This document shows, piece after piece, positions 48,661 to 62,175 of a stretch of 64,000 nucleotides of DNA. The notes under the pieces are model-generated. The model was not told where the DNA came from, searched no databases, and was given only the letters and a program-made list of their open reading frames with translations. Location of the stretch: contig NC_068986.1 of assembly GCF_001194135.2 (NCBI RefSeq), positions 4,092,376 to 4,156,375 of the forward strand, written 5' to 3'. The translations under genes and the position numbers were made by a program. Numbering within the stretch: the first letter of the stretch is position 1; each line of letters begins with the position of its first letter. This stretch comes from Octopus bimaculoides (lineage: Eukaryota).

Positions 48661-49944
48661 CCGCTTTCTAAGTATTTAAAGTTGTTGCTGTAGTTGCATG
48701 TTCCACATCTCTTATCTCTACATTCTTTTACTAAGAATTCTGATACATTCTCCAATTTGAATTCTACCCTTATGCGGGGTTTTTTAAGAATTTTTGGTTG
48801 GCGTCTACTATGCCATAAGGTGCTTTTTTCAACCAGATTTTTCATTTTGGGGCTTTGTAGGAGTATAGGTAAGTTCGATTTTATGGCATGGAAGATGTTG
48901 GTTATTCCAGGACTGTATGTGTTAACGAACAGAATTGTGTTTTCATTCACTTTTTCCTTAGGTGTCTGTAGTTGGGTGATGTTCAGTTTCATCGCCTTTT
49001 TAATTCCCTCATTAATTAATCCTAAGGGGTATTTCTGCATTGTGAGGAAGCCTTTGAGTTCGTTGAGTCGGATTTCATGTATTTTGGGGTCAGTCGCTAT
49101 AGCACAGATGCATTTGCCATGCTGTATGGGATGTTTCTTTTGATGTGTGAGGGATGGCAAGAGTAGAAATTTAAATATTGCTGTGACAGTTTATTGTAAA
49201 ATATGTCTGTTGCGACGGTGGAGTTCTGTATTTTTATGTGGATATCCAGAAATGGTAGTTCATTGCAACTGGATTCTGTCATGAATTTGATGGATGGGTG
49301 AAGTGTGTTCAGTATATTGTTAAATATATTTAGATCTTCATTCGATACGTCCCAGAAGATGAAGCAATCATCAAGGAAGCGTTTCCACTTTTTAATGATA
49401 TATTCCTTGTACTCCTGATCAAAAGTATTTTCTACTTCCTCATAACCTTTTTCTTCTAAATATCCCATAACTAAGTTTGCATATGAGGGCACAAACTGCG
49501 TCCCCATAGCCGTGCCCTTTGTCTGTCGATGTTTTATTGTCGAATCTAAAGGTATTTTCTTTTAGTGCTAGACGTATGTCCTTGGTGATGAAGTCAGTCT
49601 TGTAGCGTTCATTTATCCATCCTCTATGTTTCTCTAACCAGTGTTTGATTGCTTCTAGGCCTAAAGTGTGAGGTATATTAGTATAGAGATTGGTGACATC
49701 AAAACTTGTAAGTATAGTACCTTCTGCAACAGTGGGAGGGATGTGTTGGATGAAATCTATGCCATCTCATACATAACTGGGTATTAAAGGGCACAAAAGT
49801 TTTAGGAATATATCTAAAAAATGACGTAGTTGTTGTGTTGGTGCTTGAGGTCCAGCAACTAACGGTCTTACTTTGAGGTCAGCAGGCCTTAGTATTTTTA
49901 CGTACTGGTTCTTCTGCTTATTTATGGCACTTTGTATTTCGGAG

Positions 49945-49945
<1 letters not shown>
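48661..49945 (-). mobile_element. Neptune-type PLE RT and Cys-rich linker; GIY-YIG missing
   Basis: RPLVAGP, TSFDVTNLYTNIP, GTAMGTQFVPSYANL, WKRFLDDCF, LPFLDI, YLNFYSCHP, then CRDKRCGTC. Confidence 0.92.
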
Positions 49946-49993
<48 letters not shown>

Positions 49994-50129
49994 ATATATA
50001 AACTATCTGGTGTACCCAGTAATTCCCAGGGGTAAAGATGTTCTATTGAAACTCCTTATTAGTCTGATATAAGAAAGTAATTGCATTATAACTGCCACAA
50101 AAGGTGTATTTTCTGTCCTGAAAAAGTAC

Positions 50130-51270
50130 ACTGACTCCATCACCTGCACTTCTAGCAACGTCATCTAATGCATCTCCTGCTCTCTCTGTCCTTCTCTATA
50201 CATCGGTCAAACAGGACGCCGCTTGGCTGACCGGTTCATGGAACACCTCCGAGACATCAGACTCACCAACAACACCCCGGTCTCACACAATTTCCGCTCT
50301 ATCCGTCACTCTTTACAACACTTGTCTGTGTTCGGATTCTCCTTGCACAGGGGCCATCCTGACACCCGTCTTCGCCGTGGGCAGGGATTAATCTTCTCTC
50401 ATCACTCTTTGCACCACATGGGCTTCACTCTCTTCCCCTCTTCATCTAACCCTTCTCCTCTCTCCCTCTCACACCTACTTCCTCCCACCCACCTCTCCTC
50501 TCTTGCTCCGGCACCTACTTCCTCTCTTCACTCCTACCCACCTTCTCCCTTCCACCCTCTCCCTTCATCGTCAGCCCTCCCTCGTTACCCACCCCTACGC
50601 ATTCCAACCCCACCATCCCTATACATCCCATCCCTATACATCCCATCTCTATACATCCCATNNNNNNNNNNNNNNNNNNNNNNNNNNNNNNNNNNNNNNN
50701 NNNNNNNNNNNNNNNNNNNNNNNNNNNNNNNNNNNNNNNNNNNNNNNNNNNNNNNNNNNNNNNNNNNNNNNNNNNNNNNNNNNNNNNNNNNNNNNNNNNN
50801 NNNNNNNNNNNNNACATCCAACACCATCACACCACACCACACACCACCTCACCACCACACCACACTACACCACATCACATCACCCCGCACACACTAGCAC
50901 TGACCACTTCCCAGCACCTACACCATCATCCACACACCTACACACGCACATACACACACGTCAAGGTCACCATCTCCCTTCCACACACACATACACATAC
51001 ATGCGCACCTTCGTTTTAGGATCACCACTACTTTATTATCTCTCCTTCTCTCTAGCTCTCCTTTGTGACCCCTCTGTCTGGCATTCACCATGATAGAGCG
51101 TTAGACACTAAACCTTTTTCTATTTTCTCTCCTTATTTCTTTCTGTGTTCCTTTCTGTTGAAGAGCATAGGCTCGAAACCTAAAAGACTTTCTCACTTCT
51201 CAAGCATTAAACATCTGTTTGTTGTTTACACACCCGTCTTCATCTTTTGTTTTTTTTTGTAAATTCTCAC
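50130..51270 (+). mobile_element. Neptune-type PLE GIY-YIG fragment, C-rich 3' UTR (spanning a gap) and terminal region
   Basis: TCTSSNVI*CISCSLCPSLYIGQTGRRLADRFMEHL; tail homologous to 7880-8115. Confidence 0.82.
51150..51187 (+). ncRNA. Minimal hammerhead-like fold, variant core, second copy
   Basis: CTTT CTGTTGA A GAGC-atag-GCTC GAAAC CTA AAAG. Confidence 0.5.
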
Positions 51271-51953
51271 TATATATATGTATATGTATGTATGTATGTA
51301 TGTATGTATGCATAGAGTCAACAGATGAGATCCAGAGATTCTCATTATAGAAAACATTTAGTTGTGCTCAAATGATTTGAACTTACACTCGGAAATGTTT
51401 GCCAAGGACCAAGTCCACAATGTAAAGAGGTGCTAAAAAAGGAACCCAGATGAGAAGATCTGGAAATAATGATGTAAATAAACAAATAAAACTGCTTGGG
51501 TTAGATATATAAAATATACATACATGTATGTATATATAGAGTAAATATAGAGAAAGCTGAGACTGAAAATTTTCAGATAGTGAATATTCAAGTATAAATA
51601 TATAGATATTTATATATTAACAGAGCAAACTGACACAGAGTACAAAGACACGGAAAATTAAAGGGGAGAACGTATGGTGTTTAAAGGCTGACAGCAGTTT
51701 TGGGAGTCTCCAAGTTACTTTTGAATGTTGGCAGATGTAGTTTGCAAAAATATGCAACTAGTAATGAAAGCAAATAAATGTTGGGTAGACCCACCCTCTT
51801 TAGGCTGGATATGTGTGTGTGTGTGTGTGTGTATGTGTGTGTGTGTGTGTGTGCACGTGCGTGCACGTGCGTGTGTGTGATGTATGTATATATGTACATG
51901 CATGTATTTGTATGTGTTTATATACAGACATATACATATATATATAGATAGAT

Positions 51954-51985
<32 letters not shown>

Positions 51986-52060
51986 GAATGTAAGTATACA
52001 TATATACATAAATGCTGAATGACAAGAATGATGGATAGGATTCTTTATTTGTGTATTAAG

Positions 52061-52115
<55 letters not shown>

Positions 52116-53689
52116 TTTATTCCTCTGCCTCAAAGATACATTAAATAATGAGGCTTAAATGCTTGACTACCAAACCACATGCTCATGAATTGAAACCTTA
52201 CTTTTGACATTAACGCATGTTCACAAGTCAATAAATTCATCTCTGTTGAAAACACTTGCTCAAGGTGCCATGTAAGCAGTAGGATCAAACTCCAAACCAC
52301 GTGGTTGTGAAATATAGCTGTAAACTACAGATAACTAGGTCTGTAATAACAATTAGTGCAGTACAGTAGAACAATTTTGTATTTCTATCAAAAATCTCAA
52401 CATCATTGTTTCACTTAACATGTATTGAATACAACAGTCAAAAAAATAATAAATAAATAAATAAACAAATAAATAAAACTATTATATATCATTAATATTT
52501 AACCATGGAGAAATTGTTTTACTTTTTTAACATTACTTGGAAGTTAATAATATCTTGGAAACTGCAACAAATGAATTTCATGGCTAAAAGCAATCTTCAC
52601 ACATTTACGAGTATTTCTATTTATCCATAGCATCATAAATGCTTGCAAAATGATCTTCCATGGATGTAATTGCATGTAACAGGTATTTTTAGTGAAGAGA
52701 TATTGAAAGTGGCTGGGAGAGAGGTGAACAGTTTTCTGTCTACACATCTTCACTAATGGAGCGATATATTTCTCATTGATATTTGACTAGTCTTCATTTC
52801 GAGTGAAAGGAAAATAAAGGTATTTTTAGGTTGTCTTTCTACTGCAAATTACTTTCTGGAAATCTAGGAAGTAACGACATCAGTGATTTGGCTTGGTTAT
52901 ACAAAAAGACAATAGGAATATTATAAATAAGTGTATGCATATACATACACATTCTTATTCACATGCACACACACACACGCAAGTATGTGAACGCATATAT
53001 TCATACATATACACATGCACACACATGTATATACATACTTATATATATATATATATATATATATNNNNNNNNNNNNNNNNNNNNNNNNNNNNNNNNNNNN
53101 NNNNNNNNNNNNNNNNNNNNNNNNNNNNNNNNNNNNNNNNNNNNNNNNNNNNNNNNNNNNNNNNNNNNNNNNNNNNNATATATATATACATACATATATA
53201 TACATATATATACACGCATACATGCATACGTACACCCATGCCCACATCTATACATACATAGATACACACAAATATACATTTGTACCCATTTAACAACAGG
53301 CACTCGCACACACACACACATCAACACACATAAAATCATACATACACAGAAACATACACATACACACATACATATATATACACAAACGTACACACACATA
53401 TGCACTCATTCAAACATACATATGCTCACAAACACACACACACACACACACACCCACACACACACACCCACACACACATATGCACACAAGCACACAAACA
53501 ACCAAGCAAACAAATACACCCGCCTTAACACTCTTATAAGCAGACACCAGTATAAACTCATAAACATGTGTTTCATATCTCTGAACATAAACAGAGAAAG
53601 GCAAAGATAGACAAACATAAGCACAACCACCACCACCAACAACAACAACAATAACACCACAATCACAATCATCACCATCATCATCGTCG

Positions 53690-53990
<301 letters not shown>

Positions 53991-54704
53991 TTGATGGTTG
54001 TGCATTATACAAATATTGAATTACTATGATACAACAGATATTTTTTATGTTATTCTTCAGTGGATAAATCAGATCTAATGCTAATATTTCTGCATTGGTT
54101 CCTTATTAGAATTTTAAATAATGATCAGATTATTAATTGTATCTTTTGTGTTTATATCTTTTATCTTCCATTTTTTACTTAGTCATTAGACTGTAACCAT
54201 GCTGGGGCATATATATATATATGCAGTGAAATAAGGATACAGATAGAATCAGGTACTTGAAAGGATATGCACCAGGTAGGGTTGGATAAACCTGTGGTTC
54301 TGACCTACAGTTGGTAAGTATCAAATAGGATATTCTGGCTGTGTACACAGAGAAAATCAACTCTCTGTGTATTTAGTGCCTAGGGGCTGGTCCAAAGTAT
54401 ATGTTATGTTGAATAGTATGTTGTTGATATACTCTAGGGTGTCTAATAAGTCATAAATCCCCTTGTAAAGGAATATTAACAGACAATGGATAATTGTCAG
54501 CTCATTACAGCTGTTTCTTATGCATTTTTTAATAGAAGAATGAGAACATTACTCCATTACAAAAAAACGTAATCAACAGATGAAATGTAATTTTACAAAG
54601 AAAGGAATATCCTAAGACTACAGCAGGGATGTGGCTGAAGTCTGTTGGGACTAAACAGTTGTAATGAGCTGGCAAATATCCATTGTCTGTTATTATTCAT
54701 TTGA

Positions 54705-55230
54705 TCAAGATGTAGTTCGGGTTTGTGCCAGGGAGAAGCACCACTGATGCTATATTTCTGGTAAGACAGCTGCAGGAGAAATACCTAGCCAAAGATAAAC
54801 ATCTGTNNNNNNNNNNAAATACCTAGCCAAAGATAAACATCTGTACCTGGCTTTCGTTGACATGGAGAAAGCCTTTGACAGGGTCACCCGATCCCTTATC
54901 TAGTGCTCAATGCAGAAACTAAGGATAGAAGAGTGGTTAGTAAGAGCACCATTCGAGTGTGATCATTGCCAGTGCCATCTGACTGGCTCCCATGGTGGTG
55001 GCAGGCAAAAAGCACCATTCAAGCATGGTTGATGCCAGTACCACCTGACTGGCATGTAAAAAGCAGCCACTACACTCTAGGAGTGGTTGGCGTTAGGAAG
55101 TGCATCCAGCTGTAGAAAATTTACCAGATCAGATTGGAACCTGGTGCAGCCATCTGGCTTTCCAGCCCTCAGTAAAACCGTCCAACCCATGCCAGCATGT
55201 AAAGTGGACGTTAAATGACGACGACGATGA
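54705..55230 (+). mobile_element. Internally deleted RTE LINE: RT fragment fused to the 3' UTR
   Basis: FGFVPGRSTTDAIFLVRQLQEKYLAK..LYLAFVDMEKAFDRV; tail ...ggacgttaaatgacgacgacgatgatg matches the reverse complement of 63546-63720. Confidence 0.85.
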
Positions 55231-55589
55231 TGATGATATATATTTATATATATGTATGTGTATATATATATATATATATTTATATATNNNNNNNNNNNNN
55301 NNNNNNNNNNNNNNNNNNNNNNNNNNNNNNNNNNNNNNNNNNNNNNNNNNNNNNNNNNNNNNNNNNNNNNNNNNNNNNNNNNNNNNNNNNNNNNNNNNNN
55401 NNNNNNNNNNNNNNNNNNNNNNNNNNNNNNNNNNNNNNNNNNNNNNNNNNNNNNNNNNNNNNNNNNNNNNNNNNNNNNNNNNNNNNNNNNNNNNNNNNNN
55501 NNNNNNNNNNNNNNNNNNNNNNNNNNNNNNNNNNNNNNNATATATAGAGACACATACATACATACATGTATGTGTATATTTATGTGTGT

Positions 55590-55790
55590 GTGTGTCTTTG
55601 TGTCTGTGTTTGTCACCCAATCACCACTTGACAACTGATGTTGGTTTGTTTATGTCTCCATAACTTAGTGGTTCACCAAAAGTGACCGATAGAATAAGTA
55701 CTAGGCTTAAAAGAAGTCAATTTGTTCGAATAAAATCCCTTGAAAGGGGTGCTCCAGCAAGTAAAAGAATAAAAAAATAAAAAGTAAAAT
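55590..55790 (+). mobile_element. SINE family B, 3' half
   Basis: cttgacaactgatg...ataagtactaggctt...gtgctccagca matches 56450-56835. Confidence 0.72.
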
Positions 55791-55817
55791 AATATGTGTG
55801 CGTGTATGTATATGTGC

Positions 55818-55871
<54 letters not shown>

Positions 55872-55906
55872 NNNNNNNNNNNNNNNNNNNNNNNNNNNNN
55901 NNNNNN

Positions 55907-55981
<75 letters not shown>

Positions 55982-56139
55982 ATGTATGTATGTATAAAAG
56001 GATCATTCACAGCCGATTGTTTGAATCTGGCGAGTGCCAGGGACTTCAGCTAAAAGCATTAAACCTCTGTGAAAGGCAAATGAATGTGTACAAGAATGGA
56101 AACATAAACAAAAAAGCTAGAATTATATATGTACAACAG

Positions 56140-56395
56140 AACACCTTTTGGCTATGCAACAGAAGGAAAACAATTGTACAATTACGAATATAGATTAATA
56201 AATAACAGAAAGGGCCTTTTGACTAGTGGATGAATGTAACGTTATGAAATAATAATGCAAGTGCAACGTTAAAAGAATTATACATATACAATGGACAAAT
56301 GCCTTGCAGCTATTCAACAAAAGGGAAATAATTGTACAATTACAACATAAATAAATAACAAAAAGGGTCTTTCAACTATCAGACAAATGTAATTA
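56140..56395. repeat. Degenerate ~165-bp tandem duplication
   Basis: gctat.caaca.aagg.aa..aattgtacaattac...aataaataaca.aaaggg occurs twice. Confidence 0.6.
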
Positions 56396-56449
56396 GCTGG
56401 CACAAAGGAAAAATGGAAAAATTTTAACAGACTGGACAGGAGAACAGAC

Positions 56450-56835
56450 AGACGTGACCAACTCTTTTACTCTTTTACTTGTTTCAGTCATTTGACTGTG
56501 GCCATGCTGGAGCACCGCCTTTAGTCGAGCAAATCGACCCCAGGACTTATTCCTTGTAAGCCTAGTACTTACTCTATTGGTCTCTTTTGCCAAACCACTA
56601 AGTTACGGGGACGTAAACACACCATCAGTTGTCAAGCGATGTTGGGGGGGTCAAACACAGACGCACAAACACACACACACATATATATACATATACATAT
56701 ATACGACAGGCTTCTTTCAGTTTCCGTCTACCAAATCCACTCACAAGGCTTTGGTCGGCCCAAGGCTATAGTAGAAGACACTTGCCCAAGGTGCCACGCA
56801 GTGGGACTGAACCCAGAACCATGTGGTTGGTAAGC
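56450..56835 (-). mobile_element. Full-length tRNA-derived SINE family B
   Basis: Minus strand: tggctgtgtagtaag head, gggttcagtccc B-box-like motif, accttgggcaagtgtctt central motif, internal (TA/GT)n and (taaaagag)n tail. Confidence 0.85.
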
Positions 56836-57659
56836 AAGCTACTTACTACACAGCCACTCAAAAAAGGATGACAATGCCTGAGCCAGACAGCAATCACGTG
56901 GTAGTAGAGGGAAATAGTTGAAGAGGGAAAAGGGACCAAAGAATAGGAGAAAGAGGGAAGAAATCAGAAGGACTAAAGAATGGGGGGGAAGAGAGAGAGA
57001 GAGAAATGGTACAAAGGAGGAAGGAATGCAAAGGGATTGAAGAATAAGGAGGAGGAAGGGATTAAGGAATATGAGAGGGAAAATGAAATCAGTGGGACTG
57101 AGGAACGAGGGGAAGGGAAGAGAAGGGGAGACCTTTGTTGTATAGATCAAAGCCATTCGTCCATTGTATATGTATTATTCTTTTCTTGTTGCATTTGCAT
57201 TATTATTTCAGAATGTTATGTCGTTCATCTGATAGTCGAAAGACCCTTTCTGTTATTTATTTATTTGTGTTTGTAAGTGTACAATTGTTTTCCTTCTGTT
57301 GAATAGTTGAAAGGCATTCCGTTTTATGTGTATAATTCTAGCTCTCTCGTTTTTGTTTCCATTCTTGTATACATTTGTTTGCCTTTCTCAGAGTTTTAAT
57401 GCTTTTAGCTGAAGTCCCTGGCACTTGCTGGATTCAAGCAATCATGGGGTTAAAGGAGTGTGAAATTACAAGGACTTTCCAGACACTGACTGAAGAGGAA
57501 ATAGGCTGCAAATTATCCATATATTCTATTTTTGTCCTGTTTGCCATTTGTTTTGTTATTGTCTGTCTTTTCGCATGTTGTATTTCGTTGATTTCTGCTT
57601 GTAGTGTTCTTTCAGTCCTACCTTTGATTTATCCATGTGGCACACCATACAATATGCTG

Positions 57660-59334
57660 TTTACTTTGTTATATATTGCTGGAAAGGTCCTCTGTAGGGT
57701 AATGCTGAATAGATTGCTTCTGCACATTGCTGATGAGGTTCTACCAGAATCACAATGTGGGTTTAGGGATAGTAGGAGTACTAAGAATATGATATTTTCG
57801 GCTAGTGCATCGAACAGGATATGGACTTATACCAGGTTTTCGTTGACCAAACAAAAGCATTTGATTCTATCAATAGAATTGCACTTTGAAAGATCCTAAA
57901 AATGCCCTGAAAAATTTGTCAGAATGCTTAGACAATTTCATGACTTGATGGAAGTGAGAGTTAATGCTGGAGGTACCTTATCAGATCCAATTTCTGTAGA
58001 AAATGGTGTAAAGCAAGGTGATATTCCTACTCCTACACTGTTTGCTATATATTTCGCAATAGTCTTTCAAATAGCTTTTAAAAATTGCCCTGAAGGGGTC
58101 TATATAAGATATAGGATAACAGGAAAACTGTTCAATCTCAAAAAACTCTGTGCCAAAACGAAAATTCTGCATTCTCACCTTGTTGAGTTTCTGTATGCAG
58201 ATGATTGTGACCTGTTGGCACATTCTCAGAAAGATATGCAGCACATGGTGAATGCAATTTGTGCAGCATGTGCAGCATTGGGTCTAACAGTCAATCTAAA
58301 AAAAACTGTCATAATGTGCCAGCCCGCTCCCTCCAAGATGTATGTGGAACGTTTTATAACTGTGAATGGTTAAAGGTTGGAGACAGTACCTAGATTTATT
58401 TATTTAGGAAGTACCTTGAGCACTGCTGGTCTTGGTGATGATAGTAGTGCTTTTGGTAGGCTTGATAGGCATCTGTGGAAACAACATAATATATCTTCAC
58501 AAATTAAAGTTAAGGTATATAACACATGTGTCCTCCCATCTTTGCTATATGGAAGTGAGGCAGGTAAGGCAATTGGAATGATTTCATCAATACTGCCTGA
58601 GAAAAATTTGGGGGATAAACTGGAAAATGCCATTAGTGATGTGGAGGTGCTTGAGAAGAGTGGCAGTAGAAGTATAGAGCCAATGATTTTGCAAAGATGT
58701 TTGAGGTGGGGGGGGGGTATATTTGGTAAGGATGAGTGATGAGCAACTGCCCAAGCAGCTATTGTATGGTGAGCTGGAAGATGGCATGAGACCAGCACAT
58801 AAGCCTAAACTAAGGTTTAAGGATTGCCTTAAAAATGCTCTAAAACAGACAGGAATTGCAGCTGGTAATTGGGAGAGGTAAGCACAAGACTGTAATAGAT
58901 GGAGGAAGATAGTGCATAATGGTTGCTCAAAGTTTGAGAGGGAGAGAGTGAAATATGAGAGAATTAGGAGGGGACTTAGAAGGGGGGAATCTGTGGAGAG
59001 TGAAGGAGTGTTGCTTTTTATGTGTGTAGTTTGTGGGCAGAGGTGCTTGAGTCATGCAGGCCTGGTGAGCCATCAAAATTCTCATAGAAATCGACCCATG
59101 ATAAACAATAATGTGACTATTAAAATTCATAACAGAACGTGTGTAAAATGTGGAAGCATGTGCCTCTCAGTAGGAGGTCTAAAAGGATATGTTAAGAGAG
59201 TGCATATGGTAACAGCTGTTTCTCCTGCCAGCCAGCACAATTGTCTAGTATGTAATAAAATGTGTAAAAGCTTGGCTGAACTTAAAAGTTATATAAGGGC
59301 ATCACATGGCAACTATAATGAATCATTTCAGTAA
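57660..59334 (+). mobile_element. 5'-truncated RTE LINE (RT plus C-terminal zinc fingers)
   Basis: LPESQCGFR..RST.NMIF, GVKQG, FLYADDC, GLTVNLKKT, FIYLGS, LLYGSE, LPKQLLYGEL; C-terminal ORF 58912-59334 with three CxxC motifs. Confidence 0.93.
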
Positions 59335-59595
59335 GTCTTCTTGGCAATGGCTTTTTTCATGTAACGAGGATGTAGTTGTCATGTCATGTATGTATGTATG
59401 TATGTATGTATGTATGTATGTATGTATGTATGTATGTATGCATGCTTGTGTGTATATGTATGTATGTCTATGTGTATGCTTGTATGTATGTATGAGCTTC
59501 TTTCAGTTTCTGTCTTGCAAACCTACATATAAGGCTGATCCTAAAACTACATGGCTACAAGTGCAAAACTCTTACCCACACTGCATGCCTGCATT

Positions 59596-59656
<61 letters not shown>

Positions 59657-60289
59657 ATACATGCACACACATGCATGTATGTGTATGTCAATCAAAATTC
59701 AATGAAAATTTGAATACAGAGAATATGATTTAATAACCCAGTAAAGGTTTAATAGCAAAATAGTATTAGTAAAATGGTACAACTCAATCAGCCTAGAATT
59801 ATGTTGTTTGACCAGTTTGGAATAAGAATTCACTCATTTCCTAAGGTTTTTTTCCTCTGTAACCATCAACTTGCAAGTTGATGGCTACATGATCACAAAA
59901 ATTGTTAACCACATCAAGATCATCAGTCACAGAAGGACAAAGAAAGATTTTGATAATTAAAAGTGATTAATTGAATAGAATAGCTGGACTGATGTGGTGG
60001 ATGGGGGACAATTAATGACTTGAATTCAATTAGGGAACAAAAACTTAAAATCAGTTGTGAATTCTGAAAAATGAATTGTAATTTTCCTTTTTTAAAAATA
60101 AATTGTGATGGAGTGAGACTCCTTGAATTTTATTATTTATTGTCATTTGATGTTACTTTTCTTTCTGTATTTACTGGTTCTAGTGATTGATGCTTTGAGA
60201 AAGAGGTAAAGAAATGCTACCAAAAGATGATGCTGAAGATGAGGAGAATCATTGGTGGGATGGGTGGAAGGACCATTACCCTCCTCCTC

Positions 60290-60375
<86 letters not shown>

Positions 60376-60641
60376 ATTGAAATGGGCAGCTGTAAGGTGG
60401 TAATGGTCATTAAGGATATGAAGACAAGGAAAATGGTTAGACTATAAGAGATAGTTTCAGAGGCACTGGAAATACCTGGCAAAGAAGACAGGTGCTAGTC
60501 AATCTGATAGTCATTGGGCTGTGGCCATGCTAGGGCACTACCTTGAAATACTTGGTGAAAGCTTATAATTCTATTTACAAACTTTCACTCACCACCATTT
60601 TCACCACCATACATATATGTATATATATGTATGTATATGTG

Positions 60642-60955
60642 GAGGTGCAATGGCCCAGTGGTTAGGGCAGCAGACTCGCAGTCGGAGGATCACAGTTTCG
60701 ATTCCCAGACCGGGCATTATGTGTGTTCATTGAGTGAAAACACCTAAAGCTCCATGAAGCTCCGACAGGGGGTGGTGGCAACCCCTGTTGTACTCTTTTG
60801 CCCCAACTTTCTCTCACTCTTTCTTCCTGTTTCTTGAGTAATGCTGCGATGGACTGGCATCCTGTCCAGCTGGTGGGGGAACACATACACCATAGAAACT
60901 GGGAAACCGGGCCCATGAACCTGGCTAGGCTTTAAAAGGGCACATAAATAAATAA
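60642..60955 (+). mobile_element. tRNA-derived SINE (family F)
   Basis: A box TGGCCCAGTGG, B-box-like AGTTTCGATTCC, central domain shared with 34345-34585, and taaataaataaaa tail. Confidence 0.82.
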
Positions 60956-61239
60956 AACTGTATGTACGTATGTACATATGTATGTATGTATCTATCTATC
61001 TATCTTTATCTATATGTGTATGTGTGTGTGCGTATATGTGTGTGTGTGTGTGTGTGTGTCTGTCTGTCTGTCTGTCTGTCTGTATGTATATTAGTTTGTT
61101 GAGAAAAAGCTGTCCAATTTTTCAAAAACATTTGTTCAAATTCGATTTAAGATGTTATTTTTGTAGTGCTTTAGATTAAATTTTACATGTTTAATAAGTA
61201 ATGTGTATGCTTTAATAAATCTTTATTGATTTCTTTCAG

Positions 61240-61500
61240 AATATGATTTTGAAGCATAAGAATCCTTAATTTCAAACATGAAAAAAGAAGAAATGTGTTT
61301 TCACTTTATTTGCATGAATTCAAGCTTGGACATAATGCTTCCCAAACAGCTGCCAATATCAACAGAACATGGTGTGAAGGGTCCACTAGTGATTGGACAG
61401 TACGACAGTGGTTTGAGAGATTCCGTGGTGGGGATGAGAGCCTTGAAGGTCAAGAATGTAGAGGACGTCCATTCCTCTTTGATGATTGGACATTTCTTCA
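61240..61500 (+). mobile_element. Mariner 5' fragment (cecropia/Hsmar1-like HTH)
   Basis: LHEFKLGHNASQTAANINRTW.EG...TVRQWFERFRGGDESLE...RGRP. Confidence 0.85.
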
Positions 61501-61679
61501 TACCATAGCAAAAAAAGACTTGATTTACTTCTTCTAGCAGAATAGACAGCAGAAGGTATTCTCTGGGGAAAGTCACTGATAGTAGGTTAGTATTGTGAAG
61601 ACATTATCCTTCTATCTGCTTCTATAATGCATTAGAACCTAGAGTTGACCACCAATGCTTGAATCATTGAGTTTTATTT

Positions 61680-61754
61680 CTCTGAACATGTGATTGTGTG
61701 TGTGCGTGTGTGCATGTATGCATATGTTTGTGTGTGTGTGCGTGTGTACATGCA

Positions 61755-61785
<31 letters not shown>

Positions 61786-62175
61786 ATGTGTCAGTATGTG
61801 TGTGAGTATATGTGTGTAAATATGATTGTGTGTTTATGTGTGTGTGTATGTGTGTGTGTGTGTGCATGCACATGTGTTTGTGCTTGTGTGTGTGTGTACA
61901 TGCATGTGTGTGAGAGGGAGAGAGAATGTGTCAGTATGTGTGTGAGTATATGTGTGTAAATATGATTGTGTGTATGTGTGTCTCTGTGTGTGTGTCCATG
62001 CATATATATGTGTATGTAACTGTGTGTGAACATATGCATGTAGAGTGTGATTGTGTGTGAGTGTATGTCTGTGTATGTGTGTGTGTATGTTTGTGTGTGT
62101 GTGTGTCTATGTTTGTCTGTGTGTCTGTATGTATGACTGTGTGTGTCTGTGTATGTGCATATTTGTGTGTGTTCC
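61680..62175. repeat. Compound (GT)n/(GA)n tract with an internal ~90-bp duplication
   Basis: gtgtacatgcatgtgtgtgagag...aatgtgtcagtatgtgtgtgagtatatgtgtgtaaatatgattg occurs near 61742 and 61895. Confidence 0.85.

Noticed and set aside
52544-52790. Possible decayed transposase fragment on the minus strand
   Set aside because: Multiple stops in every frame and no motif I can name with confidence.
60184-60205. Possible 22-nt exon (tag|TGATTGATGCTTTGAGAAAGAG|gtaaag)
   Set aside because: Such AG/GT pairs are expected by chance in 64 kb; not frame-symmetric.
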